Source: Poseidonia sp. (GTDB lineage Archaea; Thermoplasmatota; Poseidoniia; Poseidoniales; Poseidoniaceae). From it: a DNA stretch of 64,000 nt. Every line of letters starts with the position of its first letter. Position 1 is the stretch's first letter. The stretch spans positions 1,017 through 65,016 of the forward strand of contig JADHNB010000002.1 in the NCBI GenBank assembly GCA_016779705.1, in the 5' to 3' direction. Of the stretch, positions 21,525 to 32,056 are shown piece after piece. Under the pieces are notes generated by a model that saw only the letters and a program-made list of their open reading frames with translations, was not told the origin of the DNA and ran no database searches. The translations under genes were made by a program, and so were the position numbers.

Positions 21525-22583
21525 TCAGGCATCGAAATCCAGAACCACTTTCCCACAATCACCCGACATGGCCAACTGAACGGCGGACTCGAAGTCGGAA
21601 ACGGGAAGACGATGGGTCAGAACCTTGTCCACGTCGATGAGCCCTCGCTCCAACAGGTCGTGCATCGTGTCCCACGTTGACCACATCTTGCGTCCGTTGA
21701 TGCCTTTGAGGTGGAGATAGCGAAACACCACCTCGTTCATCGGCACGCTTGGCATGGATTGGCCGTAGACCGAGAGGACGTTGACGTAACCGCCCATGCG
21801 GGTGGAGTAAATCGTGTTGGCCAGGGCCGCTGCCGAGCCGGAGAACTCGCAGCTGTTGTCCACCCCGCGCCCTCCCGTGGCTTCAAGGATGGCCGCAACG
21901 ACATCGTCGCCTTTCCCGAGCACCAAATCCGCTCCAAGTTCAGCGGCCAACGCCATCCTGTACCGGTTGTCCCAATCCACGGCGATGACTTTGGTCGCGC
22001 CCATGGCCTTCGCCGCGTTGACGGCGAACAGCCCGATGGGCCCCAACCCGTGAACGGCCACGGTGGCGCCCTCCACGGGTCCACCCGTCAAGGTGTGAAT
22101 GGCGTTGCCAAGCGGGTCTTGAATCGAAGCGTGTCCGGGGTCCAATCCTTCGGGGACGTGACGCGCGTTGACGGCGGGAACGACGAAGTAGGGGGCGAAG
22201 GCGCCGTGACCGTGCACTCCGAAGATGGAGCCGTTCTCGCAGATGTGAGCGTTCCCTTCGTCGCAGCGGGGGCAGGCCCAGCACGCAAGGTGACACTCAA
22301 CGGCGATGTGGTCACCGATTTGGTGAGATTCAACGCCCTCGCCAAGGCCAACGACGAGCCCGCTGGTTTCGTGACCCGTGATGGTGCCCAAGGGAACGTT
22401 GTCACGGCTCCACTCGTCCCATTTCCAGATGTGGATGTCCGTACCGCAAATGGACGTGGATTGGGCTTTCACCAACACTTCGCCCGGCCCGGGGGAAGGA
22501 ACAGGATGTTCTTCAAGGGAGAAACCCCCTTCCTCGTCCCGAGTTTTGGTCCATGCAGCCATGGTTGCTGGAACGGATTGCAT
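21525..22583 (-). CDS. tdh: L-threonine 3-dehydrogenase (Zn-dependent MDR family)
   Basis: ICGTDIHI..WDEW, GHE, CxxCxxC...C, DPLGNAIHT, GINGRKMW and GKVVL motifs. Confidence 0.9.
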   Translation of the reverse strand: MQSVPATMAAWTKTRDEEGGFSLEEHPVPSPGPGEVLVKAQSTSICGTDIHIWKWDEWSRDNVPLGTITGHETSGLVVGLGEGVESHQIGDHIAVECHLACWACPRCDEGNAHICENGSIFGVHGHGAFAPYFVVPAVNARHVPEGLDPGHASIQDPLGNAIHTLTGGPVEGATVAVHGLGPIGLFAVNAAKAMGATKVIAVDWDNRYRMALAAELGADLVLGKGDDVVAAILEATGGRGVDNSCEFSGSAAALANTIYSTRMGGYVNVLSVYGQSMPSVPMNEVVFRYLHLKGINGRKMWSTWDTMHDLLERGLIDVDKVLTHRLPVSDFESAVQLAMSGDCGKVVLDFDA

Positions 22584-22729
22584 GGGGGCCCTCGGTTCGC
22601 TTTTGCATCGGACACCTTTTCATCCTTCGCTCACCATGTCCTCTCCTAAGGTGACGGGAACGTCCGGCGATTCTGGTTCGGTATGTTGATTAGGGAGGCG
22701 CGACGGCCTCAAAGCCCGTTGATGGTACA

Positions 22730-24355
22730 ATGAAGTACGTCGTGGTCAGCGGGGGCGTTTTGTCAGGTCTTGGAAAAGGCGTGACCGCAAGCAGCATCGG
22801 CGTCCTGCTCAAGAGCGCTGGCCTGCGCGTGACCTCCATCAAAATCGACCCCTACCTCAACAGCGATGCGGGTACCATGTCACCGTTTGAACACGGCGAG
22901 GTCTTCGTGCTCGACGACGGGGGCGAGGTTGACCTGGACTTGGGCAACTACGAGCGATTTCTCGACATCAACCTCTCCAAGGACAACAACCTCACCACGG
23001 GCAAAATCTACGCGAAGGTCATCGAGGCCGAACGCCGCGGCGATTACTTGGGCAAGACGGTCCAAGTCATCCCTCACATCACGGATGCGGTGCAAGATTG
23101 GATCGAAGACGTGGCCTCTCGGCCCGCCGATGGCAGCGGTGAAACGCCCGACGCCTGCATCATTGAGTTGGGCGGCACCGTCGGCGACATCGAATCGGCA
23201 CCGTACGTCGAAGCACTGCGTCAATTCCAGTTCCGGGTTGGCCGTGAAAACGTCACGTTCGTCCATGTCTCCCTCGTCCCCGTGATGGGCCCGGTGGGCG
23301 AACAGAAGACCAAACCCACGCAGCACACCGTCAAGGAGTTGCGCGGGCTGGGCATCTCACCTGACATCCTCGTCTGCCGTTCCTCGGCGCCGCTGAACGA
23401 TGAAACACGTGAGAAACTGGCGGCTTTCTGCCACGTCAAACCCCAAGCCGTGATGTCCACCCACGACGTGCCCAACATCTACCACGTGCCGTTGATGCTT
23501 CAGCAACAGGGCTTGTGCGACATCTTGGGCGTTGATTGCAAGGCCACCCCCCTGCTGGAAAAATGGACCACCATGGCCCACCATTTGGACACCTTGACCG
23601 AAGAAGTTCACATCGCCATGGTGGGCAAATACACCGACCTTTCCGATGCCTACCTCTCGGTCATCAAGAGCCTGCAACACGCCGCCATGGCGGTCGACCG
23701 AAAACTCGTCATCGATTGGATTGAAGCCAGTCATTTGGAACCGGATTGGGACGTCGACGAGCGGGAGATTGCGTGGTCCTCGTTGCGCGCCGCCAACGGT
23801 GTGTTGGTGCCCGGAGGGTTTGGTGACCGGGGCATTGAAGGGAAGATCCTGGCCGCTCACTACGCCCGAACCGAGGCGGTACCCTACCTCGGCATCTGCC
23901 TCGGATTGCAAATTGCCACGATTGAATTCTGCCGAAACGTCCTCGGTCTTGTTGGGGCCAATTCCACCGAATTTGAGGACAACCCCGAACACGCTGCGGT
24001 GGTGTTCATGCCTGAAATCTCCAAAACCCACCTTGGTGGAACGATGCGATTGGGCAGCCGACCGACGCTCTGGCAATCGGACGGCTCCAAAATCCGCGCC
24101 CTCTACGGCCCCGGTGAAGCGGTCGATGAACGCCATCGCCATCGCTATGAGGTCAACCCCGACCTCATCGAACGCATCGAAGCCGAAGGGCTGGTCTTCG
24201 TTGGCAAGGACGAATCGGGTCAACGCTGCGAGATTTTCGAACTCAACAATCATCCGTATTACGTCGGCGTGCAGTTCCACCCCGAATTCAAATCGCGTCC
24301 GGGCCGTCCAAGCCCACCGTTCCTCGGCTTGCTCCAAGCGGCGTCAAAACGCTGA
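22730..24355 (+). CDS. pyrG: CTP synthase
   Basis: [30 protein letters not shown] and QFHPEF motifs. Confidence 0.98.
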   Translation: MKYVVVSGGVLSGLGKGVTASSIGVLLKSAGLRVTSIKIDPYLNSDAGTMSPFEHGEVFVLDDGGEVDLDLGNYERFLDINLSKDNNLTTGKIYAKVIEAERRGDYLGKTVQVIPHITDAVQDWIEDVASRPADGSGETPDACIIELGGTVGDIESAPYVEALRQFQFRVGRENVTFVHVSLVPVMGPVGEQKTKPTQHTVKELRGLGISPDILVCRSSAPLNDETREKLAAFCHVKPQAVMSTHDVPNIYHVPLMLQQQGLCDILGVDCKATPLLEKWTTMAHHLDTLTEEVHIAMVGKYTDLSDAYLSVIKSLQHAAMAVDRKLVIDWIEASHLEPDWDVDEREIAWSSLRAANGVLVPGGFGDRGIEGKILAAHYARTEAVPYLGICLGLQIATIEFCRNVLGLVGANSTEFEDNPEHAAVVFMPEISKTHLGGTMRLGSRPTLWQSDGSKIRALYGPGEAVDERHRHRYEVNPDLIERIEAEGLVFVGKDESGQRCEIFELNNHPYYVGVQFHPEFKSRPGRPSPPFLGLLQAASKR

Positions 24356-24388
24356 GGTCCGAACACTTGAGGCCCGTTCGCTGGCCGA

Positions 24389-24934
24389 TCAGTCCACGAT
24401 GGCGTGACCCACGAGCAACAACACGACAGCGGCGATGCTCATCGCCCGTTGCATGTGCAACAAGCGGGCCCCCTTCCTGAACTCACGGGGCGGCCATTTC
24501 CATTGAAGCAGATAGCCGCTGAAGACGAGCACCCACATGAAGACCATGGCCAACCAGAGCGTCCAGTGCCATTCGAGGACATAACCGTGGGCGGTACCGA
24601 CCACCGCTGCGGCCAAGCCAACCCAATTGTGCGCCTTCATGTAGCGGCGATTGAACACCCCGAGGGATTTCTTGAAGGCCCGAGGCTCTTTGTCAAACAG
24701 TTCAGGACCCTTGGCCCGCAGCCACTTGAACAACGGGCGCCAAACGACAATGGAAAGGGTGCCAATCAACAGGATTTGGGCCACTTCACCGGTGGCTTCA
24801 CCCTCCAAACCGAGCAGCGTCGCTTCGTTCTCGTCATCGTCATCGTCGTCATCGCCGTCGGCTGTGGCCAACGGGGAGACCAGCAGGCAGCCCAAGATGA
24901 GCAAAACAAGCCATTGAAGGAAAGCGTTCCGCAT
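24389..24934 (-). CDS. Membrane protein with signal peptide, poly-Asp tract and four TM histidines (cytochrome b / ferric reductase-like)
   Basis: HNWVG...TAH and LLHMQ...VGH histidine pairs within TM helices. Confidence 0.6.
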   Translation of the reverse strand: MRNAFLQWLVLLILGCLLVSPLATADGDDDDDDDENEATLLGLEGEATGEVAQILLIGTLSIVVWRPLFKWLRAKGPELFDKEPRAFKKSLGVFNRRYMKAHNWVGLAAAVVGTAHGYVLEWHWTLWLAMVFMWVLVFSGYLLQWKWPPREFRKGARLLHMQRAMSIAAVVLLLVGHAIVD

Positions 24935-24994
24935 GAAAGTTCGTTCGCCACGTCGTCTTTAACGGTCTTGGAAGAAAGCCCCGCCGGCCCGTTT

Positions 24995-25708
24995 TCAGGC
25001 CCCCTCACTGAGCCATCCGCTAACGAGCCCTGGCAGAAGTTCGCCTGCTTTGCCCAGATGCACCTCGTCAAAGGCGTCCAAGTTTTGCGGGGCATCCGCG
25101 TTGACCAGCACGGTGCGAGCACCGCATTTCCTGGCGAGAAGAACCAAGCCAGCTGCGGGGTAGACGTGGCCTGAGCTGCCCACGACGATGAACACATCGC
25201 AGTCCTCCACGGCCTCATAAATGCGTTCCAGTTGCATCGGCATTTCTCCAAACCAAACGATGTCCGGGCGAAGGCGTTGGGGCTCCATGCAGCACGAACA
25301 GGTGAGGAACTCATCGCCCATATCCGAAGCCTCCATGCGATGTTCGGACCGTCCGCTTCCTTCGCAACGCAGCGTTTCCAACCGCCCGTGCATGTGCACC
25401 ACGTCCTCACTCCCTCCTCGTTCGTGGAGGTCGTCGACGTTCTGCGTCACCAACACAAAGTCCTCGACGCCTTGTTGAAGTTCAGCCAAGGCCAGGTGAG
25501 CCGGATTGGGCGCCACCTCGTGGAGTTGGCGACGACGCCCCTGGTAAAATCGCCAAACCAAACCGGGATCGGCGGCCCAGCCTTGCGGGGTGGCGACGTC
25601 TTCCACCCGATGGTTTTCCCACAGCCCATCGTTGTCTCGAAACGTTCGAATCCCCGATTCTGCTGAAATGCCTGCTCCGGTTAACACCACCACTCGTTGT
25701 TGTTTCAT
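24995..25708 (-). CDS. cobB: NAD-dependent protein deacylase (sirtuin, class III)
   Basis: GAGISAESGIRTFRD, FY..RR, TQNVDDLH, HMHG, RPDIVWFGE and VYPAA motifs. Confidence 0.93.
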   Translation of the reverse strand: MKQQRVVVLTGAGISAESGIRTFRDNDGLWENHRVEDVATPQGWAADPGLVWRFYQGRRRQLHEVAPNPAHLALAELQQGVEDFVLVTQNVDDLHERGGSEDVVHMHGRLETLRCEGSGRSEHRMEASDMGDEFLTCSCCMEPQRLRPDIVWFGEMPMQLERIYEAVEDCDVFIVVGSSGHVYPAAGLVLLARKCGARTVLVNADAPQNLDAFDEVHLGKAGELLPGLVSGWLSEGA

Positions 25709-25802
25709 GGAAGTGGCCCCGTGGTGACGGTATTTGAACAAACAAGAAGCACCCATGTTGGCTTTTTTTCACAAAATCGGCCCCGTCTTGGGCGTTGATG
25801 CC

Positions 25803-26984
25803 TCAAACATCGGCCACGCGAAGGAGGCGCGTCGTGCGAAAGCCTTGCAGGATTTTGATGAAGCGCTTTGCTTGAAATTCAGCGTCCAAGGCTTCCTCCC
25901 CGGTGTCAATGCGAACGGCGTCCAAGCCGATGAGTTTCGAAGGCGTCGCCACGCCGAGGATGTTGCTGTGGCCGATGCTGCGCAACACCGAGGGCGAAAG
26001 TTGGAGGTTGCCTCGGCCGATGAGGAAGCCCTGGCCGCCCATCGGGGAGAGCAAGAGAACCAGCGGTCGTTGTTCACCGTTCCCGTCCACATGGCCGGCG
26101 ATGATGTCGAGCAACCCCGCCTCGTTGAGGTCGCTGTGAACCATGGAGCCGTGCTGAACGTCGATGCCAAGCAAGGTCAATTCCAAGCCCAGGTGTTCGC
26201 CCATGCGGCGAAGGGTCCCGCCGCTGCCCCAAACGACCATCAAATCGGGCTCATCCTCCAACAAGGTGGAAACATGGTGCGCCAACGCCTCAATGGTGTC
26301 CTCTTCGCTGACCCGTTCAACCTGTTCCTTGGCTCCTTGCATGAAGCGAGGGGACGAGGGGGTCCAGGCTTCGCCGTACATGCGGACCTTCCATACGCCT
26401 TCTTGGTAGACGTCTTCGTCCAAATCCATCACTTCGGTGATGGCCGTCCTCAAATCGCCCAAAGCGAAGGACAAGGCCACCTCAGCGGCCGCCTTTGGTG
26501 TGGTTGCAAAGCAACCCGAATGCATTTTCACCCCACCCGGCACCCCGATGAGGGCCATGTTTCGAGCGTCCGGACCGAGTGCGTTGAGCGTGTTGACGAT
26601 GTCTCGTGTGGTTCCGTCGCCGCCCGCATAAAGGATGGCCTCAACGTTGGCTTCCACCAAGTCCCTGACCAGTTGAGCCGTGTCCTCGGGATGCGTTTCA
26701 TCCGGCGTGGTACCGAGCCAATGCGTGGCCAACGGGGAGGGGTCGCCATCCACCCACGCCCCGCCCATCCGTCCGGACCAGCCCACCAAGGTGAGGGCAA
26801 CGTTGGAGCGATTGAGCGAGGAGGCCGTGAGGGAGGCCAGATGTTGCAAGCACCGGTTCATCCTTGGGCCGGCCCGATCTTCGGCTCCGGCGGCTCGAGC
26901 CTCTGCAGCCCGTCCGTCACTCCCCTTGAAACCCAACTTGCCACCCAACCCCGCGTCGGGGTTCACCAGCAAGCCGATGCGCAT
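25803..26984 (-). CDS. ATP-NAD kinase / AcoX family protein
   Basis: VNP.AGLGG..G.KGSD, GGDGT.RD, GVKMHSG.F, GGQGFLIGRGNLQ and DTGE motifs; true start at MRIGLL (26984). Confidence 0.85.
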   Translation of the reverse strand: MRIGLLVNPDAGLGGKLGFKGSDGRAAEARAAGAEDRAGPRMNRCLQHLASLTASSLNRSNVALTLVGWSGRMGGAWVDGDPSPLATHWLGTTPDETHPEDTAQLVRDLVEANVEAILYAGGDGTTRDIVNTLNALGPDARNMALIGVPGGVKMHSGCFATTPKAAAEVALSFALGDLRTAITEVMDLDEDVYQEGVWKVRMYGEAWTPSSPRFMQGAKEQVERVSEEDTIEALAHHVSTLLEDEPDLMVVWGSGGTLRRMGEHLGLELTLLGIDVQHGSMVHSDLNEAGLLDIIAGHVDGNGEQRPLVLLLSPMGGQGFLIGRGNLQLSPSVLRSIGHSNILGVATPSKLIGLDAVRIDTGEEALDAEFQAKRFIKILQGFRTTRLLRVADV

Positions 26985-27083
26985 GGTTCGTCCTCGAGTC
27001 ACTTGTTCAAAAAGGCGTGCGCGTGAAAACCGCTTCTTGAGCGTGCAAACCACCCGAGCCTTCTTGAAGAGAACGGCCCATTC

Positions 27084-27416
27084 ATGCCCATGAAAGGGCC
27101 GCCCTCCGATACGCCAAACCTTGACGACGTTCTCGCTCGGGACTTTGCCGAACTGAAGGTGGGCGAGGCCAACCTCGATGTCGAAGCCGAATCGGGTCAA
27201 CCAACAGAACAGGACGTAGCCCCCGACCCAACGACAGCCCCCCTCGTCTACAACCAACGCATTGACGCCGTTGAAGACCGTGAGTCGTTTGGCGTCCGTG
27301 CTCCCACCAGCACCAAGGAACAACCACCGGAAGCCGACGACGCCCCCCCGGCTCCTCCAGCGGTGCTCAAAACACCGACCAGCACCTTGGGCGACGACTT
27401 TGACGTTGACTGGTAG
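27084..27416 (+). CDS. Acidic, Pro-rich hypothetical protein (probably disordered)
   Basis: Fills the gap between the NAD kinase gene and thrS; ends DDFDVDW. Confidence 0.55.
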   Translation: MPMKGPPSDTPNLDDVLARDFAELKVGEANLDVEAESGQPTEQDVAPDPTTAPLVYNQRIDAVEDRESFGVRAPTSTKEQPPEADDAPPAPPAVLKTPTSTLGDDFDVDW

Positions 27417-27496
27417 ATGCGGTGCTTGGCGAGATTCGGAGCGCGGGATTGATAGCGAGGGTTCAACCCCATGGGGGTTGACGGGATTGGTTGCCA

Positions 27497-29521
27497 ATGT
27501 CCATGATTCACATCACGTTGCCGGATGGAACGGTGAACGAGTACGCCGCAGGCATCACGTGCGCCGAGGTCATCACCGATGCTCTGGGCAAGAAACACGG
27601 ATGCGTCGCCGCTAAAGTCGACGGAGCGGAGTGCGATTTGTCCCGGGTGCTCAACGAGAACTGTTCGGTGGAAGGCATCGTGGCGGAATCCGATGACGGC
27701 CTCCACATCTTGCGCCATTCCGCCGCCCACCTCTTGGCCCAAGCGGTCATGGACCTCTACCCCGGAGCGTTGCCCACCATCGGGCCCGCCATTGACCGAG
27801 GGTTCTACTACGACTTTGCAATGGAACCCATCGCCGAATCGGACCTCAAAGCCATTGAGAAAAAAATGCAGGAAATCGCTCGCCGAAACCTGACCGTTGA
27901 ACGCGTGGAATTGGACCAAGACAGCCTTCGAGACCACTTTGAACACAACCCCTACAAGTTGGAGATCATCGACGACAAACTTGAGGCGGGGGACGGTTCA
28001 ACGATTTACAAACAAGGAGAATGGTACGATTTGTGCCTCGGGCCACACGTCCCTAGCACGGCGAAATTGATGTTTGTCAAACTCACCTCGGTGTCGTCCG
28101 CTTACTGGCGAGGGGACCAGAGCCGAGAACAATTGGTCCGCATTTACGGCTTGGTTGAACCCACCAAAGAGGCGTTGAACGAAACGCTCCACCGCATGGA
28201 AGAAGCCAAGAAGCGAGACCATCGAAAGTTGGGCAAAGACCTCCAATTGTTCCACATTGACGAGGACGTCGGTCAAGGCCTCATTCTGTGGACTCCCCGT
28301 GGGGCCGTGGTACGGCAAGAACTTCAGGACTTCATTTCCTTCCATTTGCGACGTCAAGGCTATTCCCAGGTGTTCACGCCGCACATCGGGAAACTGGACC
28401 TCTACCGAACCTCCGGCCATTTCCCGTACTACCAGGAATCGCAGTACCCACCTTTGGTGGAGCGGGACTTGATGGCGAAATTGGCCGATGATGGCTGCAC
28501 CTGCGGCGAATTGGCGAACATGATGAGCACCGGAGAAATTGACGGCTACATGCTCAAGCCGATGAATTGCCCGCATCACGTGAAAATTTACGCCAGCCAA
28601 GCACGGTCCTATCGAAACCTTCCGCTTCGATTGGCCGAATTTGGAACCGTTTACCGATGGGAACAATCGGGTGAAATTTCGGGCATGACCCGCGTGCGAG
28701 GCTTCACTCAAGACGATGCTCACCTCTTCGTGACCGAAGACCAACTGGCCGAGGAAGTCTTGGGCTGCATTGAATTGGTGCAAATCATCTTTGACAAACT
28801 TGGCATGGAGGATTATCGAGTTCGTGTGGGCCTGCGAGACCCCGATTCCACGAAATACGTCGGTGACCCTGCTCGCTGGGACAAGGCCGAGGAGGCCTGC
28901 AGGGCAGCGGCGGAGTCGTTGGGTGTCGCTTGGTCCGAAGAGCAGGGAGAAGCCGCCTTTTATGGACCCAAAATCGACTTCGTGGTCAAGGACGTCATCG
29001 GACGGGAATGGCAATTGGGCACCGTCCAAGTGGATTACAACTTGCCTGAGCGCTTTGATTTGACCTACAAAGGCAGCGATGGCGAACTGCATCGGCCGGT
29101 GATGATTCACCGAGCGCCGTTTGGTTCGATGGAACGGTTTTGCGGTGTGCTCATCGAGCACTTCGCTGGTCGCTTCCCCACGTGGCTCACCCCCACGCAA
29201 TGCCACATCATCACCATCCGTGAAGAGCACAAGGCCTACGCCGCTGAAGTCGCCTTGCTCCTCAAAGAACGAGGCGTGCGGGTGGAAGTGGACGATTCGG
29301 ACAACAACATCATGAAGAAAATTCGCAACCATCGCAAACTCCAACCCGCCTACATGGTGATTTTGGGTGACGGAGAAGTGGCGTCAAACACCGTGAGTTT
29401 GCGGGCTCGAAACGGAGACCAAATCGCCGACCTGTCGCTCACCGAATTCGTCGACCAACTCTTGGAAGAAATCACCACCAAGGTCAGTCAACCTTCGCTC
29501 GTCCCTCCTGCTGAATCGTGA
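27497..29521 (+). CDS. thrS: Threonine--tRNA ligase (bacterial type)
   Basis: TGS domain, RHSAAH, DLCLGPH, RDHRKLG, KPMNCP, RVRGFTQDDAH and HRAPFGS motifs. Confidence 0.97.
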   Translation: MSMIHITLPDGTVNEYAAGITCAEVITDALGKKHGCVAAKVDGAECDLSRVLNENCSVEGIVAESDDGLHILRHSAAHLLAQAVMDLYPGALPTIGPAIDRGFYYDFAMEPIAESDLKAIEKKMQEIARRNLTVERVELDQDSLRDHFEHNPYKLEIIDDKLEAGDGSTIYKQGEWYDLCLGPHVPSTAKLMFVKLTSVSSAYWRGDQSREQLVRIYGLVEPTKEALNETLHRMEEAKKRDHRKLGKDLQLFHIDEDVGQGLILWTPRGAVVRQELQDFISFHLRRQGYSQVFTPHIGKLDLYRTSGHFPYYQESQYPPLVERDLMAKLADDGCTCGELANMMSTGEIDGYMLKPMNCPHHVKIYASQARSYRNLPLRLAEFGTVYRWEQSGEISGMTRVRGFTQDDAHLFVTEDQLAEEVLGCIELVQIIFDKLGMEDYRVRVGLRDPDSTKYVGDPARWDKAEEACRAAAESLGVAWSEEQGEAAFYGPKIDFVVKDVIGREWQLGTVQVDYNLPERFDLTYKGSDGELHRPVMIHRAPFGSMERFCGVLIEHFAGRFPTWLTPTQCHIITIREEHKAYAAEVALLLKERGVRVEVDDSDNNIMKKIRNHRKLQPAYMVILGDGEVASNTVSLRARNGDQIADLSLTEFVDQLLEEITTKVSQPSLVPPAES

Positions 29522-29527
29522 TCGACC

Positions 29528-32056
29528 ATGAACGACCCCAGCATCATTCAGGGATTTTCCTTGGCCATGTTGGGCCCCCTTATGCTGGCGTTTTTGACGG
29601 CATGGTTCTTCTGGACGAACGTCGTCCCCCGGCAGCTGAGAGGGCTTCAAGTCGCCTTTCAAACCGGCGCAAAGACCTACGAGGTCCATCAGGTCACGTC
29701 AAGCGTCGAAGATGTTCGCAAACTTCTGGCCCAACGGGGGACCCGTTTCGGCGTCGTCTCGTATTTGATGGCGCTCTCAGGCAGCCTGATTTTGCTCTTT
29801 GAATTCTTTAACTATCGAGGAGGCAACGCCACCGGCTACCACGCACCATCGGTGGCCTTCGCCTTGATGTTGATCGTGCTGCCGGCCGTCGTGTCAAGCG
29901 GCACCTCGCTGGGAGCGCAAGTCATCCGCCCGCTGGGCGTCAGTCGGGCCACGCTCCAAAACTCAACGCGAACCCGAAACATCGCCTACGTGGCGCTCAC
30001 CGCGGCGTGGCTCACGCTGGCGCTGGCCATCAACACCGTCCTTGAAGCGCAAGGCATGAGCCAAACGAACCGCTACAGCCTTGTCGCCCTCGTCGCCTTC
30101 TCCCCGGCCGTGTTGGCATACGGCCGGATTCTCGGCTCAGCATGGCACGCGCTGAAGCAATCCTCCCAGCAAATCGCCAAAGGCGGCGCCTCGCCTTTCC
30201 ACAACCACATCCCCAACGCTCGTCAGCAATTTGTGGCTCAAGTTGTTCATCTCAACTTGGTGGCGATGCCCTTTGTCGCCATCAACACCCTCGTCTCGCT
30301 CGTGTTCCTCTTGTACGACCCGACGATGTTCACTCACTCCGACCAGGTGCTCAACCTCCCTGAATATCGGCTTCAGTCCACCTACATGGAAGAAGGCGGC
30401 CTGCTGGGCTTCGCCTTGATTGAACTGTTTTCGAACATTCCTCAAGCCGGCATTCGTGTTCCCATCGTCACCTCGCTCCTGCTGTTTTTGCTGCTCAACG
30501 TGGCGGCCATCGGTTTCCTGTTTGTTTACGAAGTGGCCCGCATCCTGTTCTTGGACGTGCAAGACGTTTCCGGGGTCGGTGGCATCCGTTTGGCCGACAG
30601 TCGATTGCTTCGGGCAGAACCCGTCCAACAGGCCACGGTGTTGAATTTCTGTTTCACCGGTTTTGCGGGCCAATCGATGTTGTTGCTGGCATTGGCGATG
30701 ATCACCTTTTGGGATTCGAGTTTCCTCCCACAAGGCAGCGCTTGCGGGACGTGGGAAGGGAGCGTCTGTGCGGTGCTGGAAAAGGACACGTTGGAACAGC
30801 TAACCTGGATGCTCGCCTCCGGCGGCCAAGTGGCGTTCTTGGCCGTTTGGGCCCTCTCATGGCGTCGAGCGGGCCAGCTGGACGAAATCACCTTTGACGC
30901 AACGATGGACGAGGACCGGACAAGACTTCGCGGCATGAGCGACATGATTTATCTCAAGCAACGACCCGTCCATGAACTGGTCGCTGCGGACGATTGGACC
31001 AAAGCCATCCAGCGTTTTGAAGCGATGTCTCAGGGACGCGAAGCCACCCTTGTCGGTCTTGATATGGTTCGACACACCAAAGCCAACATGCTGTTGCATG
31101 CGGCGATGGGCCGTTGGGACGAAGCGGAAGAAATGGCAGTGGATTTGCTGGCACTTCAGGGCGGAAGGGACGCGCAGATTTCGCGATTGGTGTTGTGCGC
31201 CGCCAGTTTGGCCCAACGCGATTACCGAGAAGCGGTGCCTCGACTGAACCTGCTGACCAACGACGATGTTGAGGCTGTTCGCCTCAAGTGGGTGGCAGCG
31301 CTTCTCGCACCGAAGTACCGTTTGGACGACGAAGCCCGTTCCATGTTGAGCGTGGACCCGATGACCAGGGACAACGCTCGCATGCTGACCCACTACGCCG
31401 AGGGTCGTGCGGAATTGCGCAGCCAGCCTCCTCGAACATCGGCCCAACGAGCCATGTTCCTGGCCGACATCGGTCGCCTGCGACTCTGTGGACAAAGCGA
31501 GGAAGCCCTGAACCGGCTTGAACGGGTGTTGTCAAACATGGACGGCGAAGAGTGGGTCCAGGGTCGTCTGGTGCAGGCCCTGCTCAACCTTGACGGTGGC
31601 CGCCGATTGACCGCCATATCGAGCGTGGAAGCGTTGGCAAAGCGTCATCCTCGTGACCCGAACGTCCGAACCTTGGTGCACCACTTTGCTCGGCTCGGCG
31701 AAACCGGCCTTCCCTCCTCAGAACCGACCAAAATTGAATGGGTTTGCGACCAGGAAATGGATTGGCGACATCGGTGGAAACACCACAACGTCAAAATTCC
31801 TCCATCGCTCGAAAGCGAGGAACTCAAACTCCATGCGTGGCAAGCCAACGCTTGGGTTGGTTTGGCGAGCGAGGGAGGGTTGTCCAGCAAAACGAACAAA
31901 CATCATCATCGCCGTTTGCCCTCTGCTCTTCCAACGGGCCTGTACACCCATTTCTCAGGCATCGTCGTGACCGTGGGGGGCATGGCCATTGACTTGGGTC
32001 TCCCGCCAAGTTACCATCACGAGGCGGCCAAGAAAGCAGGCCTTATCGACGTCTGA
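29528..32056 (+). CDS. Large polytopic membrane protein with C-terminal TPR-like helical region
   Basis: About 9 TM helices in the N-terminal half; alpha-helical repeat-like C-terminal half; 7 bp downstream of thrS. Confidence 0.7.
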   Translation: MNDPSIIQGFSLAMLGPLMLAFLTAWFFWTNVVPRQLRGLQVAFQTGAKTYEVHQVTSSVEDVRKLLAQRGTRFGVVSYLMALSGSLILLFEFFNYRGGNATGYHAPSVAFALMLIVLPAVVSSGTSLGAQVIRPLGVSRATLQNSTRTRNIAYVALTAAWLTLALAINTVLEAQGMSQTNRYSLVALVAFSPAVLAYGRILGSAWHALKQSSQQIAKGGASPFHNHIPNARQQFVAQVVHLNLVAMPFVAINTLVSLVFLLYDPTMFTHSDQVLNLPEYRLQSTYMEEGGLLGFALIELFSNIPQAGIRVPIVTSLLLFLLLNVAAIGFLFVYEVARILFLDVQDVSGVGGIRLADSRLLRAEPVQQATVLNFCFTGFAGQSMLLLALAMITFWDSSFLPQGSACGTWEGSVCAVLEKDTLEQLTWMLASGGQVAFLAVWALSWRRAGQLDEITFDATMDEDRTRLRGMSDMIYLKQRPVHELVAADDWTKAIQRFEAMSQGREATLVGLDMVRHTKANMLLHAAMGRWDEAEEMAVDLLALQGGRDAQISRLVLCAASLAQRDYREAVPRLNLLTNDDVEAVRLKWVAALLAPKYRLDDEARSMLSVDPMTRDNARMLTHYAEGRAELRSQPPRTSAQRAMFLADIGRLRLCGQSEEALNRLERVLSNMDGEEWVQGRLVQALLNLDGGRRLTAISSVEALAKRHPRDPNVRTLVHHFARLGETGLPSSEPTKIEWVCDQEMDWRHRWKHHNVKIPPSLESEELKLHAWQANAWVGLASEGGLSSKTNKHHHRRLPSALPTGLYTHFSGIVVTVGGMAIDLGLPPSYHHEAAKKAGLIDV

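Noticed and set aside
24995..25708. Sir2-type anti-phage defence NADase
   Set aside because: Sequence is a standard class III CobB deacylase with no defence partner genes nearby
26985..27497. N-terminal extensions in the ORF track (NAD kinase, pepA, pyrB, tRNA thiolase, ORF at 55101)
   Set aside because: Extensions overlap neighbouring genes or promoters; family homology and ribosome-binding sites support the downstream starts
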